Shown: one piece after another, positions 36,314 through 46,366 of the stretch
Position numbering within the stretch: position 1 is the first letter of the stretch
Layout of the letters: each line of letters opens with the position of its first letter
Origin: Candidatus Omnitrophota bacterium
GTDB taxonomy: Bacteria > Omnitrophota > Gorgyraeia > Tantalellales > Tantalellaceae
Direction of reading: 5' to 3'
DNA length: 64,000 bases
NCBI GenBank assembly: GCA_043811395.1
Contig: JBDRNE010000025.1
Span: forward strand, 7,137 to 71,136
Position numbers and translations under genes: made by a program
Notes under the pieces: model-generated
Seen by the model: the letters and a program-made list of their open reading frames with translations, nothing else
Database searches by the model: none
Told to the model about the DNA's origin: nothing

Positions 36314-37828
36314 ATGATAGCGAATATAGCTTTATTTTCATTTTTAGATAACAGTATCAATACAAGATTACTTTCGTCTTATCTAAAAAAAAACGGTTAC
36401 GAAGTTACTTGTTTCTTTTGTGAAGGTTCTTTGAATAGATGTAATTCGCGGGAACTTATACGAATTTTAAAGGAAAAGAAGATTGATTTTGCCGGAGTTA
36501 GTCTGGTAACTGATAATTTTTTGTCTGCTGTTACTTTGACAAAAATCATAAAAGAGGATTTACATATTCCGGTTATTTGGGGCGGGGCTCATGTAAATGT
36601 TATGCCGGAAGAGTGTTTGCGTTACGCGGATATGATTTGCCTGGGAGAAGGTGAAGAGGCTTTGCTGGAAGTAGCAAATAGTATCTCCCAAAATAAGCAT
36701 AATACGGAAATAAAGAACATTTGGTTTAAAGACCGTGGTAATATTATACGGAACGAACTGCGTTCTTTGGAAGAAAACCTTGATAAGTACCCTTTTCCGG
36801 ATTTTGATTTTGATACCCAGTATTTTATGAATTCAGAAGATTTTTCTCAGAGAAGTCGTCAAAAAAAAACGTTAGAATATAGTTTGATGACTTCTCGGGG
36901 GTGCCCTTATCGATGTTCTTATTGTTATAATAGCTATCGTTGGAAAAATTACGCGGGTAAGGGTAAGTATGTGAGAACCAGAAGTATAGAAAATGTGATA
37001 GAAGAATTAGTTTCTGCTAAACAGTATTTTGGCAAGATAGAAAGAGTTAACATTTGGGATGACAGCTTTTTAGTGCGAGACATTGATAATTTGCTGAAAT
37101 TCAAAGAGCTGTATGTCAGAAAAATTAATATTCCGTTTTTTATTATGGCTGAGCCTATGGCTTTTAACGAAGAGAAAATAAAAATTCTTAAGAACTCTGG
37201 ATTGAGCGAGATACAAATGGGTATTCAGTCAGGGAGTGAACGGGTTAACCGCGACGTATATAATAGGCCAATTTCCAATGAAAAGATTTTAGATATCTCT
37301 CGTGTTATACATCAATTGGGAATTCGCGTGAAATACGACATAATTTTTAACAATCCGTATGAAAATAAGGACGATTTACTGGAAACCATCGGACTTTTAA
37401 GGCGGTTTCCAAAACCTTTTTTCTTACAGGGATACAATTTAATTTTTTATCCGGGAACAGAAATTACGGAAACAGCTTTAAAAGACCAATATATTTCAAA
37501 GAAAGCGCAAAGAAAAGAGGATTTTTCGACCATACAGGGAAAAAATAATTCACCAATTGCTTTGGATAAAAAGGATATAGTTAGCAGTAGGTTTTATGAC
37601 ATAGAATATAGAACAAAAGAGAAAGATTATTTAAATATTGTTATTTCAACCTTGGGATTTAAGTATGTACCGGATGGATTTTTGGATTTTATGATAAAAT
37701 CAGAAACGGTTTTTAAACAAAAAATGTTGAGAATGCTAATAAGGTTGTATTTAAGTTTAGGGCGGGTAAAAAGGTTTATTGATAGCGCGAGAAACGCGTA
37801 TTTTATGAAAACATTAAAAAGGACTTGA
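36314..37828 (+). CDS. cobalamin (B12)-binding domain radical SAM enzyme (class B)
   Basis: B12-binding N-terminus (VIWGGAHVNVMPEE, CLGEGEEALLEV) and SRGCPYRCSYCYNS cluster. Confidence 0.8.
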   Translation: MIANIALFSFLDNSINTRLLSSYLKKNGYEVTCFFCEGSLNRCNSRELIRILKEKKIDFAGVSLVTDNFLSAVTLTKIIKEDLHIPVIWGGAHVNVMPEECLRYADMICLGEGEEALLEVANSISQNKHNTEIKNIWFKDRGNIIRNELRSLEENLDKYPFPDFDFDTQYFMNSEDFSQRSRQKKTLEYSLMTSRGCPYRCSYCYNSYRWKNYAGKGKYVRTRSIENVIEELVSAKQYFGKIERVNIWDDSFLVRDIDNLLKFKELYVRKINIPFFIMAEPMAFNEEKIKILKNSGLSEIQMGIQSGSERVNRDVYNRPISNEKILDISRVIHQLGIRVKYDIIFNNPYENKDDLLETIGLLRRFPKPFFLQGYNLIFYPGTEITETALKDQYISKKAQRKEDFSTIQGKNNSPIALDKKDIVSSRFYDIEYRTKEKDYLNIVISTLGFKYVPDGFLDFMIKSETVFKQKMLRMLIRLYLSLGRVKRFIDSARNAYFMKTLKRT

Positions 37829-37829
37829 T

Positions 37830-38840
37830 ATGCAAAAAAGAATTTTTATTACCGGAATAGCGGGTTTTTTAGGAAGTTATATGGCGTCCGCCATGCTTGC
37901 GGACGGGCATATAGTTTCAGGATGTGATAACTTAATCGGTGGGTATCTGGATAATGTTCCTAGCGGAGCGGATTTTCATCAGGTGGATTGTGGGAACCTT
38001 CACGCGATGAAAGAGTTAACGAAAAACGTGGATGTTATTTATCATTGCGCTTGTACTGCTTATGAGGGCTTGAGCGTGTTTTCTCCGAATTTAGTTTGTC
38101 AGAACACTTTTCAGATAACAGCCGCGCTAATTAGTTCCGCGATCGCGAATGATGTTAAGCGTTTTGTGTTTTGTTCAAGCATGGCAAGATACGGTACCCA
38201 GGAAAGAATACCTTTTACGGAAGACATGACGCCGAAACCCCAGGATCCGTACGGTATATCTAAATACGCCGCTGAGGAGCTCTTAAAAAATATGGCAGAA
38301 GCTCACGGCATGGAATATGTTATTATTGTGCCTCATAACATTATTGGACCGCGCCAGAAATATGATGATCCTTACAGGAATGTTGCTTCAATAATGATAA
38401 ATCTGATGAAGCAGGGTCGTCAGCCTATGATTTATGGCGATGGTGAACAGAAAAGATGTTTTTCTTTTATTGATGACGTTGTTTATTGTTTAACCCGTGT
38501 TGCGTTTCAGGAAAACGTGGTAGGTAAGGTAATAAACATTGGTCCGGATGAGGAATTTGTTTCAATTAATCAGCTTGCGCGGAATATCGCGGAACTGCTT
38601 AAATTTGACCTAAAGCCAAAATATTTACCCGAGAGACCGCAGGAAGTCAAATTGGCCTCCTGTAGCGCGGATAAGGCCCGGAAACTTTTAGGCTATAAAA
38701 CGCAAGTAACATTAAAACAAGGATTGCAATCCATAATTGATTATATTACGGTAAAAGGCGTGAAAGATTTCAAATATCATCTTGATCTTGAAATTGTAAA
38801 TGACAAATGTCCAAAAACATGGAAAGATAGATTGTTTTAA
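37830..38840 (+). CDS. NAD-dependent epimerase/dehydratase (extended SDR; UDP-sugar epimerase-like)
   Basis: IFITGIAGFLGSYM Rossmann motif, catalytic YGISKYAAE. Confidence 0.8.
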   Translation: MQKRIFITGIAGFLGSYMASAMLADGHIVSGCDNLIGGYLDNVPSGADFHQVDCGNLHAMKELTKNVDVIYHCACTAYEGLSVFSPNLVCQNTFQITAALISSAIANDVKRFVFCSSMARYGTQERIPFTEDMTPKPQDPYGISKYAAEELLKNMAEAHGMEYVIIVPHNIIGPRQKYDDPYRNVASIMINLMKQGRQPMIYGDGEQKRCFSFIDDVVYCLTRVAFQENVVGKVINIGPDEEFVSINQLARNIAELLKFDLKPKYLPERPQEVKLASCSADKARKLLGYKTQVTLKQGLQSIIDYITVKGVKDFKYHLDLEIVNDKCPKTWKDRLF

Positions 38841-38864
38841 GCTTAACGAAGGATGCGCTAAAAA

Positions 38865-39851
38865 ATGAGCGAATTAGTGAGTGTTATAGTAACAAGTTAT
38901 AATCACGCGGAATATCTTGAAAAGCGTTTAGACAGCCTTTTAGTCCAAACGTATAAGAATATTGAAATTATTGTTGTGGATGACGGGTCTACGGACGAGA
39001 GCCGTCGAGTTTTGAAAAAATATGAAAAGTTTTCTAATTTTAAAAGTATTTTTTTAGAAAAAAATAAAGGATACGCTAACGCGAGTAATTTTGGTGTTAA
39101 AGTAAGCCGCGGAAAATATATTATGTTTGCTGAGGCGGATGACTTCAATGATATTGAACAGATAAAGTTGTTGTTAGCCAGTGCCATAAAAACTTCCGTA
39201 GGCGTAGTATATTCTCGTAGCAATATTGTGGATTCGGAAGGAAAAGTAATTGGGGATGATTATAGGTTTCGGGAAGTTGCTTTTCGGAGGCATTGTTCAA
39301 AAGATTGCTTTATTAAAGGCGAGAAAATGCAAAGATTTCTTTTAAATAGTTGTGTTATTCCTAATATGAGCGCTGTATTGATGAAAAAAGAGATTTTTGA
39401 GAAAGTTGGCGGGTTTTCTGAAAAATATAAATTAACCGCGGATTGGGATTTTTGGTGCCGTATGGCAAAAGAAAGTGATTTTTTTTACATTACAAAACCA
39501 TTAAATTATTTCAGGACTCACAACACAACATTAAGAAGCACTGTTCGTTTAAACGTTCAGCTTGGAGAAATGTTCAGCCTTTTAGAAAACGCTTTTTCTA
39601 AAATGAACGCGAATTTTGTCAGAAAACAACTTTTTAAATTTAATATGGGGACTATTTTGGCTCATGTGATTATTTGTAACAGGGTAAAAGACGCGCGTAA
39701 TTTTGTGCAACTCATAAAAAAGGGCATGGAATATGAAAAGTTTATTGGGCTATATTTTGTATTCGGATTAATTAAAAAAATATACGTTTTAGTATACGCG
39801 AAACTTTGCGAAAAGTGTGTGAAGTATGAGTATGGGAATATAATCAGTTAG
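38865..39851 (+). CDS. GT2-family glycosyltransferase
   Basis: VSVIVTSYNHAEYLEKRLDSLLVQTY, VVDDGSTDES and EADD (DXD) motifs. Confidence 0.75.
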   Translation: MSELVSVIVTSYNHAEYLEKRLDSLLVQTYKNIEIIVVDDGSTDESRRVLKKYEKFSNFKSIFLEKNKGYANASNFGVKVSRGKYIMFAEADDFNDIEQIKLLLASAIKTSVGVVYSRSNIVDSEGKVIGDDYRFREVAFRRHCSKDCFIKGEKMQRFLLNSCVIPNMSAVLMKKEIFEKVGGFSEKYKLTADWDFWCRMAKESDFFYITKPLNYFRTHNTTLRSTVRLNVQLGEMFSLLENAFSKMNANFVRKQLFKFNMGTILAHVIICNRVKDARNFVQLIKKGMEYEKFIGLYFVFGLIKKIYVLVYAKLCEKCVKYEYGNIIS

Positions 39852-39859
39852 TTTTGGGG

Positions 39860-40651
39860 ATGGAGGGAATCGTGGGCGTTAAAGTAGTGATTCTATGCGG
39901 TGGATTAGGCACAAGATTGAGGGAAGAAACGGAAATTAGACCAAAGCCGATGGTAGAGATTGGTGGAAGACCTATTCTTTGGCATATAATGAAAACATAT
40001 GCTCATTACGGCGTCGATGAATTTATTCTTTGCCTGGGATACAAGGGAGATATTATAAAAGAGTACTTTTATAATTATGAGATGCTTTCCAATGATTTTA
40101 CTATTGAACTTGGGTCTAAAGATATTGTGGTGTATCCTCGCCATTCAGAAAAAGGTTGGAAAGTAACGTTGGTTGATACTGGGCTCTCTACTATGACAGG
40201 CGCTCGTGTTAAATGTATAGAAAAGTTTATTGATTCGGATGTGTTTATGCTTTCTTATGGTGACGGTGTGGCTGATATTAATGTTACCGATTTATTAAAC
40301 TTTCATAAAAAACATGGAAAAATCGGTACGGTAACCGGTGTGTTCCCGCCGTCGCGATATGGAGAGCTTGCTATTCAGGAAGATCATGTTATTTCTTTTT
40401 CTGAAAAACCGGAGAATCGTGAAAATTCAATTAACGGCGGATACTTTGTATTTAACAGGGAGTTTTTTAAATATCTTCGAGGGGATACGGAATGTGTCCT
40501 TGAACGGGAACCTTTACAGACGTTAGCCGCGGAAGGTCAGTTGAAGGTCTATCATCATAAAGGTTTTTGGCAGTGTATGGATACTTACAGAGATTATACA
40601 TTTTTACAAGATTTATGGAAAAAAGGAGAAGTTCCATGGAAAGTTTGGTAG
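39860..40651 (+). CDS. rfbF: glucose-1-phosphate cytidylyltransferase (RfbF/DdhA)
   Basis: VVILCGGLGTRLREETEIRPKPMVEIGGRPILWHIMK ... FILCLGYKG is near-canonical RfbF. Start ambiguous (ATG 39860 or GTG 39872); the track ORF begins at TTG 39854. Confidence 0.85.
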   Translation: MEGIVGVKVVILCGGLGTRLREETEIRPKPMVEIGGRPILWHIMKTYAHYGVDEFILCLGYKGDIIKEYFYNYEMLSNDFTIELGSKDIVVYPRHSEKGWKVTLVDTGLSTMTGARVKCIEKFIDSDVFMLSYGDGVADINVTDLLNFHKKHGKIGTVTGVFPPSRYGELAIQEDHVISFSEKPENRENSINGGYFVFNREFFKYLRGDTECVLEREPLQTLAAEGQLKVYHHKGFWQCMDTYRDYTFLQDLWKKGEVPWKVW

Positions 40652-41766
40652 ATTCTCCGGATATTTTTTTCGGAGCATACAGAGAAAAACGTGTTTTAGT
40701 GACAGGGCATACAGGTTTTAAGGGGTCGTGGCTTACGCTTTGGTTATTAGAGCTAGGAGCCCAGGTTGCTGGTTTTTCTCTTTATTTGCCGTCAGATCCG
40801 TGTAATTTTGAAATATTGAATTTAAAAGAAAAAATCTCGCATTACGAGGGAGACATTAGGGATATAAATGCTTTGAAGGATGTTTTTGAAAAGTTTCAAC
40901 CCGAAATTGTTTTTCATCTCGCGGCTCAGCCTATTGTCCGAAAAGCCTATGATGATCCAAAACTTACTTTTGATACAAATCTTGGAGGAACTGTAAATAT
41001 TCTTGAGTGTATAAAAAACTCTAATTCAGTCGAAGCGGCAGTTATGATTACTAGTGATAAATGTTATGACAATGTTTCCTGGGAATGGGGATATCGTGAA
41101 AATGACCGTTTAGGCGGGGATGATTCTTATAGCGCGTCAAAAGCTTGCGCGGAAATTGCCTGTCGCGCGTATATTAGCTCGTTTTTTCGTGGGGACAACG
41201 CTCCAAAAATTGTAACTACCCGAGCAGGAAATGTTATTGGAGGCGGAGATTGGGCTGAGGACAGAATCGTTCCTGATTGTATGAGGGCGTGGAGTAAAGG
41301 TGAGGATACTGTTATAAGGAATTTTCAAGCTACACGTCCCTGGCAGTACATACTGGAACCCTTAAGCGGTTATCTGCATTTAGGGGCTGAAATTAGTAGG
41401 GATGCTCGCGGGATAACCGGGGAAGCGTTTAATTTTGGTCCGGGAAGCGATATTATCAAATCTGTTGGAGAGTTGGTTGATATGTTATCACGGTTTTGGG
41501 ATAAAGTAAGCTGGAAAACAGATCCAAAAGCGCAAGACAAAAAAGAAGCAAAATTGCTTAAATTGAATTGCGATAAGGCTCTTTTTCATCTTGGGTGGCG
41601 CGCAGTTCTTGGTTTTGAAGAGACGTGTAAATTAACGACCGAATGGTATAAGAGTTATTATCAGAACGAAGATTGTTACTCTGTTTCTCGCGACCAGATA
41701 TGTAATTATATCAAAAAAGCCGAGAGGCGAGGCATCCCATGGGCAGTTGGAAAGGGCGCGGTATGA
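40636..41766 (+). CDS. rfbG: CDP-glucose 4,6-dehydratase (RfbG/DdhB)
   Basis: KRVLVTGHTGFKGSWL N-terminal signature, YSASKACAE catalytic YxxxK; AAAGGAGAA RBS before ATG 40636. Confidence 0.8.
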   Translation: MESLVDSPDIFFGAYREKRVLVTGHTGFKGSWLTLWLLELGAQVAGFSLYLPSDPCNFEILNLKEKISHYEGDIRDINALKDVFEKFQPEIVFHLAAQPIVRKAYDDPKLTFDTNLGGTVNILECIKNSNSVEAAVMITSDKCYDNVSWEWGYRENDRLGGDDSYSASKACAEIACRAYISSFFRGDNAPKIVTTRAGNVIGGGDWAEDRIVPDCMRAWSKGEDTVIRNFQATRPWQYILEPLSGYLHLGAEISRDARGITGEAFNFGPGSDIIKSVGELVDMLSRFWDKVSWKTDPKAQDKKEAKLLKLNCDKALFHLGWRAVLGFEETCKLTTEWYKSYYQNEDCYSVSRDQICNYIKKAERRGIPWAVGKGAV

Positions 41767-42218
41767 TGATAGAGGATGTTTTTATTAGACCGCTTAAAGT
41801 GTTTTCCGACTCGCGCGGCAGTGTTTTGCATATGGTTCGCCGGGATAACGATTTTTTTAACCAATTTGGTGAAATATATTTTTCCCAAATTAACCCTGGA
41901 ATTATAAAAGGATGGAAAAAGCACTTAAAAATGACGCAATATTTTGCCGTTCCTATGGGCAACGTTAAGTGGGTACTTTATGATGAGAGAGAAAACTCTT
42001 CCACATATGGTGAGATCCAGGAAATTTTTATGGGTATAGATAAGTACAGGTTAGTTTGTATTCCCCCTTTAGTGTGGTATTCGTTCATGGCTTTGGAAAA
42101 TAAATCCGCTTTAATTGCCAATTGTACTGATATTCCTCATGATCCGAAAGAGGTTATTGTAACCGATATTTTTGATGAAAAAATACCTTATAAATGGGAA
42201 TTACCTGTCAGGGAATGA
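41763..42218 (+). CDS. RmlC-like cupin sugar-nucleotide 3,5-epimerase (dTDP-4-dehydrorhamnose 3,5-epimerase family)
   Basis: MMIEDVFIRPLKVFSDSRGSVLHM matches the RmlC N-terminal region; ~150 aa cupin; ATGATGA overlap with rfbG. Confidence 0.6.
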   Translation: MMIEDVFIRPLKVFSDSRGSVLHMVRRDNDFFNQFGEIYFSQINPGIIKGWKKHLKMTQYFAVPMGNVKWVLYDERENSSTYGEIQEIFMGIDKYRLVCIPPLVWYSFMALENKSALIANCTDIPHDPKEVIVTDIFDEKIPYKWELPVRE

Positions 42219-42243
42219 ACGTTCCCGGGAGAAAACAAAAACC

Positions 42244-43191
42244 ATGAGACTTTTAATAACGGGGGGATTGGGGTACATTGGCGGCAGGGTAGCGGCGTAT
42301 TGCAAAAAAGAAAATCCTGAACTTGAAATTATTTTAACTACCAGAAAAAAGCGGAAATATTTTCCAAAATGGACCACTGGTTTTAGAGTATCGCGTTTGG
42401 AACTTTTGGATGAACGTTCGATAACGGAATGTATAGCAGGAAGCGACCCGGATTGCATTATTCATTTAGCGGCGGTTAATGAGATTGATTCAGAGGCTGA
42501 TCCGGATTTGGCGCGAGAAGTAAATTTTCATGGTACAGAAAAACTTTTACGCGCGGCTTCTATTAAAAACGTGAAAAAATTTATTTATTTTTCGACCTTT
42601 CATGTCTATGGCGCGCATAACGGAAGAGTTATTACGGAAGAATCTTCCGTCCATCCGAAACACCCCTATTCTGTTACGCACCTTGCCGCGGAAAAAGCCG
42701 TAAAAACATTTAATGGTAACGGAATGAAGACGCTGATTTTTAGGCTTTCTAATAGTTATGGATATCCAATGGATGAGTTTATAAATCGATGGACGCTTGT
42801 TGTAAATGATTTATGCCGGCAGGCGGTTGTAACCGGAAGAATTGTTTTGAAGTCTTCAGGAAGGCAATACCGGGATTTCATAGCCTTACATGATGTCGCG
42901 AGAGCGGTATATCATTTTGTTGAAACGGATATAGAAACAAATGAATTATATAATCTTGGAGGTGAGTCTTCTATGACGATACGTGAGATGGCGTCAGCGG
43001 TGGCGGAAACATACGAAAAACAGTATGGCAAAAAAATAAAAGACTTTTGTATCGGGAAAGATACTGGCAAAGATCCAAAAGAGGTTATATACAATATAGA
43101 AAAGCTCAAAAACACCGGGTTTATTTTGAAAGGCAATATGGTGAACGAAATCGAGAAAACACTTACTCTATGTGAAAGCTTTGTAAAATGA
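42244..43191 (+). CDS. NAD(P)-dependent SDR epimerase/reductase (probable 4-keto-6-deoxy-CDP-hexose reductase)
   Basis: LLITGGLGYIGGRV Rossmann motif, catalytic YSVTHLAAEK (YxxxK); directly downstream of RfbF/RfbG/RmlC-like genes. Confidence 0.6.
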   Translation: MRLLITGGLGYIGGRVAAYCKKENPELEIILTTRKKRKYFPKWTTGFRVSRLELLDERSITECIAGSDPDCIIHLAAVNEIDSEADPDLAREVNFHGTEKLLRAASIKNVKKFIYFSTFHVYGAHNGRVITEESSVHPKHPYSVTHLAAEKAVKTFNGNGMKTLIFRLSNSYGYPMDEFINRWTLVVNDLCRQAVVTGRIVLKSSGRQYRDFIALHDVARAVYHFVETDIETNELYNLGGESSMTIREMASAVAETYEKQYGKKIKDFCIGKDTGKDPKEVIYNIEKLKNTGFILKGNMVNEIEKTLTLCESFVK

Positions 43192-44012
43192 AAATAACTA
43201 GTTCAAAACCCTTGGTTAGTGTGATAATGCCGACCTATAATCAGGCTCAATTTATCGGAATGGCAATAAATTCTATTTTGCGGCAGACTTATGGGAATTT
43301 TGAAATTATAATTATTGATAACTATTCCAGTGATGATACGGAAAAGAAAGTTTTGCATTACGCTAATAACGACATAAGGATTAGATATAGTAAATTTTCC
43401 AATAATGGGATAATTGCCGCCTCCAGGAATGTAGGCATTAGGATGGCAAAAGGTGATTTAATAGCCTTTCTTGATTCTGATGACGTATGGCTACCTGAAA
43501 AGCTTGAGAAACAAGTCCGGTTTATGGAAGAAAATAAAGACGTTTTTTTGATATATTCAAAATGTTTAATCAGGGAAAACGATAAAATTGTTGGAATAAG
43601 CCCGATGATTCCTAAGAAAGGTTATATCTTTAATGATTTATTTTTGTCCTATAATTTCATCGCGTGTTTAACCGTTATGATGAGGCGCGGTCCGTATCTT
43701 TTTGATGAACATAAGAAATTACGAGCCGCTGAAGATTATGATTTGTGGTTACGGATTTCCCTGAAAGAAAAGATTTCATTTGTTGATGAACCGTTAGCCG
43801 TATATGTGAAGCATGCCGGAAACATTTCGAATGACGAGCTAAAAACTTTGGAGAAATGGAAATTTATTATTGAAAGATATGGATCATCTACGTCCAAAAT
43901 GAAATTGTTGCGTAAATACGTATCATTTTATAAGAAAGCTTTTCGTATCCAAGCTGTGCATGTATTAAAAAACATTAAAAAAGATTACCGAATAAAGGTA
44001 CCCAATATTTAG
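43188..44012 (+). CDS. GT2-family glycosyltransferase
   Basis: VSVIMPTYNQAQFIGMAINSILRQTY, IIDNYSSDDT and DSDD (DXD) motifs. Confidence 0.75.
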   Translation: MKITSSKPLVSVIMPTYNQAQFIGMAINSILRQTYGNFEIIIIDNYSSDDTEKKVLHYANNDIRIRYSKFSNNGIIAASRNVGIRMAKGDLIAFLDSDDVWLPEKLEKQVRFMEENKDVFLIYSKCLIRENDKIVGISPMIPKKGYIFNDLFLSYNFIACLTVMMRRGPYLFDEHKKLRAAEDYDLWLRISLKEKISFVDEPLAVYVKHAGNISNDELKTLEKWKFIIERYGSSTSKMKLLRKYVSFYKKAFRIQAVHVLKNIKKDYRIKVPNI

Positions 44013-44016
44013 ACCG

Positions 44017-45480
44017 ATGAAAATACTTTTTATATATTCGTTATATGAGATCATGTCCTTTGAAAAACCACTTAGTACACCAGAAGTGATTCAATTTGGC
44101 ATATCCTACATATCTTCTTTTTTAAAAAAGCATGGGCATAAAACGCGGTTAATGGTTTTAAGCCGGGTTTCCGGTAAGAAAAATCTGGAACTGATAGACC
44201 GCTATCTTGAAGAATTTTCCCCTGATTTAATTTGTTTTTCAGCAGTAAGTAGTGAATACGGTTTTATTCGGGATATAGCCACATATATCAGAAAAAAATT
44301 TCCGGATATTTATCTCGCAATAGGCGGTGTTCACGTTTCTTTGAATCCTGATGATGAAGTTTTAAATACTTTTGATGCTTTATGCATAGGAGAAGGCGAA
44401 TGGCCGGTGCTTGAATTGGTTAACAACTTGCGGGACAAAAAAAAACCTGCCGGGATACAAAACCTTTGGATAAAAAGTGAAAAAGGTATTGAGAAAAATT
44501 CTGTCCGTTCATTTTTAAGAGATCTTGACCAATTGCCGTTTCCTGACAGGGATATGTGGAAAGAATGGATCAGTGAAACGCGCGGCGCGCGGGAATCAAT
44601 ACTTCTCGGGAGGGGATGTCCTTTTGAATGTACTTATTGTTCCAACCACGCGCTTAAAAAAATAGCAGGAGGAACATATACAAGATTCCGTTCTCCGGAC
44701 AATATCTTGAGTGAAATTAAAAGTATCGTTTCTGAAACTGACAAAGGAAAAGAAATATATCTTGAAGTGGAAAGCATTTCCGTAAACAAAGAATGGGTTC
44801 TGGAGCTTTGCGGAAAAATAGAAGAATTTAATAAAGAGCGAATTAGGCCTATTTCTTTCGGTGCGAATGTAAGAATTACTCCGAAAGCGGATCTTGAAGA
44901 TGTTTTTTACGCGTTTAAGAAAAGTAATTTCAGATTCATAAATATAGGCCTTGAATCCGGAAGCGAAAGAGTGCGGCGCGATATACTTAAACGCAATTAT
45001 TCAAATGAGGATGTTATAAACGCGGTGAAGACGGCCAGGAAATACGGTTTTGAGGTGTCTTTTTTGAACCTTGTAGGTATTCCGGGAGAAACCATTGAAG
45101 ATTTTAAGGAAACGATAAAGATTAATAAGATATGTCAGCCGGAACTGACAGGTCTTTCTATTTTTTATCCTTATCCTGGTACAGAGCTTTATTCCGTGTG
45201 TGAGAGAAAAGGATTTTTGAAAGAACCGCTTAATACCGAAATGGAGAGAGGAAGAGCCAGGTTGAATTTACCTGGATTCAGTCGGAAGCAAATCGAGAAG
45301 AATTATATCTGGTTTGATTATAATGTATACCGCGGAAAGAAATCCTTAAGTGTATTATTAAAACGGGTTTTGGCTCGGCAGATAAGGGCAAATCCGGGGC
45401 TTTTTGTTTTGTATAAAAAAATTAAGAAAAGTATATATTCATCCGGGAATTTTTTAAAAAAGGAAAAAACACGGTTTTAA
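44017..45480 (+). CDS. cobalamin (B12)-binding domain radical SAM enzyme (class B)
   Basis: B12-binding N-terminus (AIGGVHVSLNPDD, CIGEGEWPVLELV) and GRGCPFECTYCSNH cluster. Confidence 0.8.
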   Translation: MKILFIYSLYEIMSFEKPLSTPEVIQFGISYISSFLKKHGHKTRLMVLSRVSGKKNLELIDRYLEEFSPDLICFSAVSSEYGFIRDIATYIRKKFPDIYLAIGGVHVSLNPDDEVLNTFDALCIGEGEWPVLELVNNLRDKKKPAGIQNLWIKSEKGIEKNSVRSFLRDLDQLPFPDRDMWKEWISETRGARESILLGRGCPFECTYCSNHALKKIAGGTYTRFRSPDNILSEIKSIVSETDKGKEIYLEVESISVNKEWVLELCGKIEEFNKERIRPISFGANVRITPKADLEDVFYAFKKSNFRFINIGLESGSERVRRDILKRNYSNEDVINAVKTARKYGFEVSFLNLVGIPGETIEDFKETIKINKICQPELTGLSIFYPYPGTELYSVCERKGFLKEPLNTEMERGRARLNLPGFSRKQIEKNYIWFDYNVYRGKKSLSVLLKRVLARQIRANPGLFVLYKKIKKSIYSSGNFLKKEKTRF

Positions 45481-45484
45481 TAAT

Positions 45485-46366
45485 ATGAAGTTTTCATTTA
45501 TTGTTGCAACATATAAAAGAAATCGGGAATTAGAGAATTGTCTCGCGTCGATTGAAAAAGTTTATTTAAGAAAGAAAAAATATGAGGTTGAAGCAGTTGT
45601 AGTTTTTCAGGCGGGAGAACAACCTTTGGAAAATATGGCGCAGAGGTTTTCAGCGTTCGGGAAGTTTCATTGTATTCAAGGCAAAGGACTCGCGAAAGCT
45701 AGAAATTACGCTGTAAAAACAAGTACAGGGGATATTTTTATCTTTTTAGACGATGATGCTGAAATCAAGGAAGATTTTGTGGAGATATTGGCAGAACACG
45801 CCCAAAATAATGAGACAGGAGCTTTTTCGGGCAGAATTCTTGAAAAACAAACCAATAGATGTTTCGCGGAATGTTTTAACGATACTCGGGTGAAACGTCT
45901 CAGATGTAGGGATTTTAAGTATTTTATGGGAAGCGCGCATGTCTTCAGAAAAGAAGTTTTTGTAAAAATCGGATTTTATGATGAAGCTTTTGGTAGCGGT
46001 GCGAAATATGCGGGCGCGGAAGAAACGGATATGTTTTTTAGAGCTCAGAAGAAAGGCGTAAAAATATTGTATATTCCGGAACTGGTTTTTTTTCATCCAA
46101 TAACAGGTGAAACGTCAGCTGACAAAGTATTTAGCTACTCGCACGCGTTTGGAGCTATGTGCGCGAAACAAATGTTTTCCGACTGGAAAAGGTTGCCGGT
46201 ATATATGTGTCTATTGTCCAAAATTTTTTTAAAAAGCCTAATACGGGTTTGTCAGCTGAAAATTTTCCCAAAAAGTATTGAAGAAAAAAACGCGCGGTTT
46301 AAATATGAATCAGTCATGTTTGGCATAACAAAGGGCGTATTGTCCTATATGGGGGAACGGGAATGA
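45485..46366 (+). CDS. GT2-family glycosyltransferase
   Basis: FSFIVATYKRNRELENCLASI and DDDAEI (DXD) motifs; 293 aa. Confidence 0.6.
   Translation: MKFSFIVATYKRNRELENCLASIEKVYLRKKKYEVEAVVVFQAGEQPLENMAQRFSAFGKFHCIQGKGLAKARNYAVKTSTGDIFIFLDDDAEIKEDFVEILAEHAQNNETGAFSGRILEKQTNRCFAECFNDTRVKRLRCRDFKYFMGSAHVFRKEVFVKIGFYDEAFGSGAKYAGAEETDMFFRAQKKGVKILYIPELVFFHPITGETSADKVFSYSHAFGAMCAKQMFSDWKRLPVYMCLLSKIFLKSLIRVCQLKIFPKSIEEKNARFKYESVMFGITKGVLSYMGERE

Noticed and set aside
39854-39872. Alternative upstream TTG start for rfbF as given in the ORF track
   Set aside because: RfbF homologs begin 2-4 residues before the GGxGTRL loop. The TTG at 39854 would add a non-conserved extension immediately abutting the previous stop. 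ATG 39860 (or GTG 39872 after GGAGGGA) is preferred.
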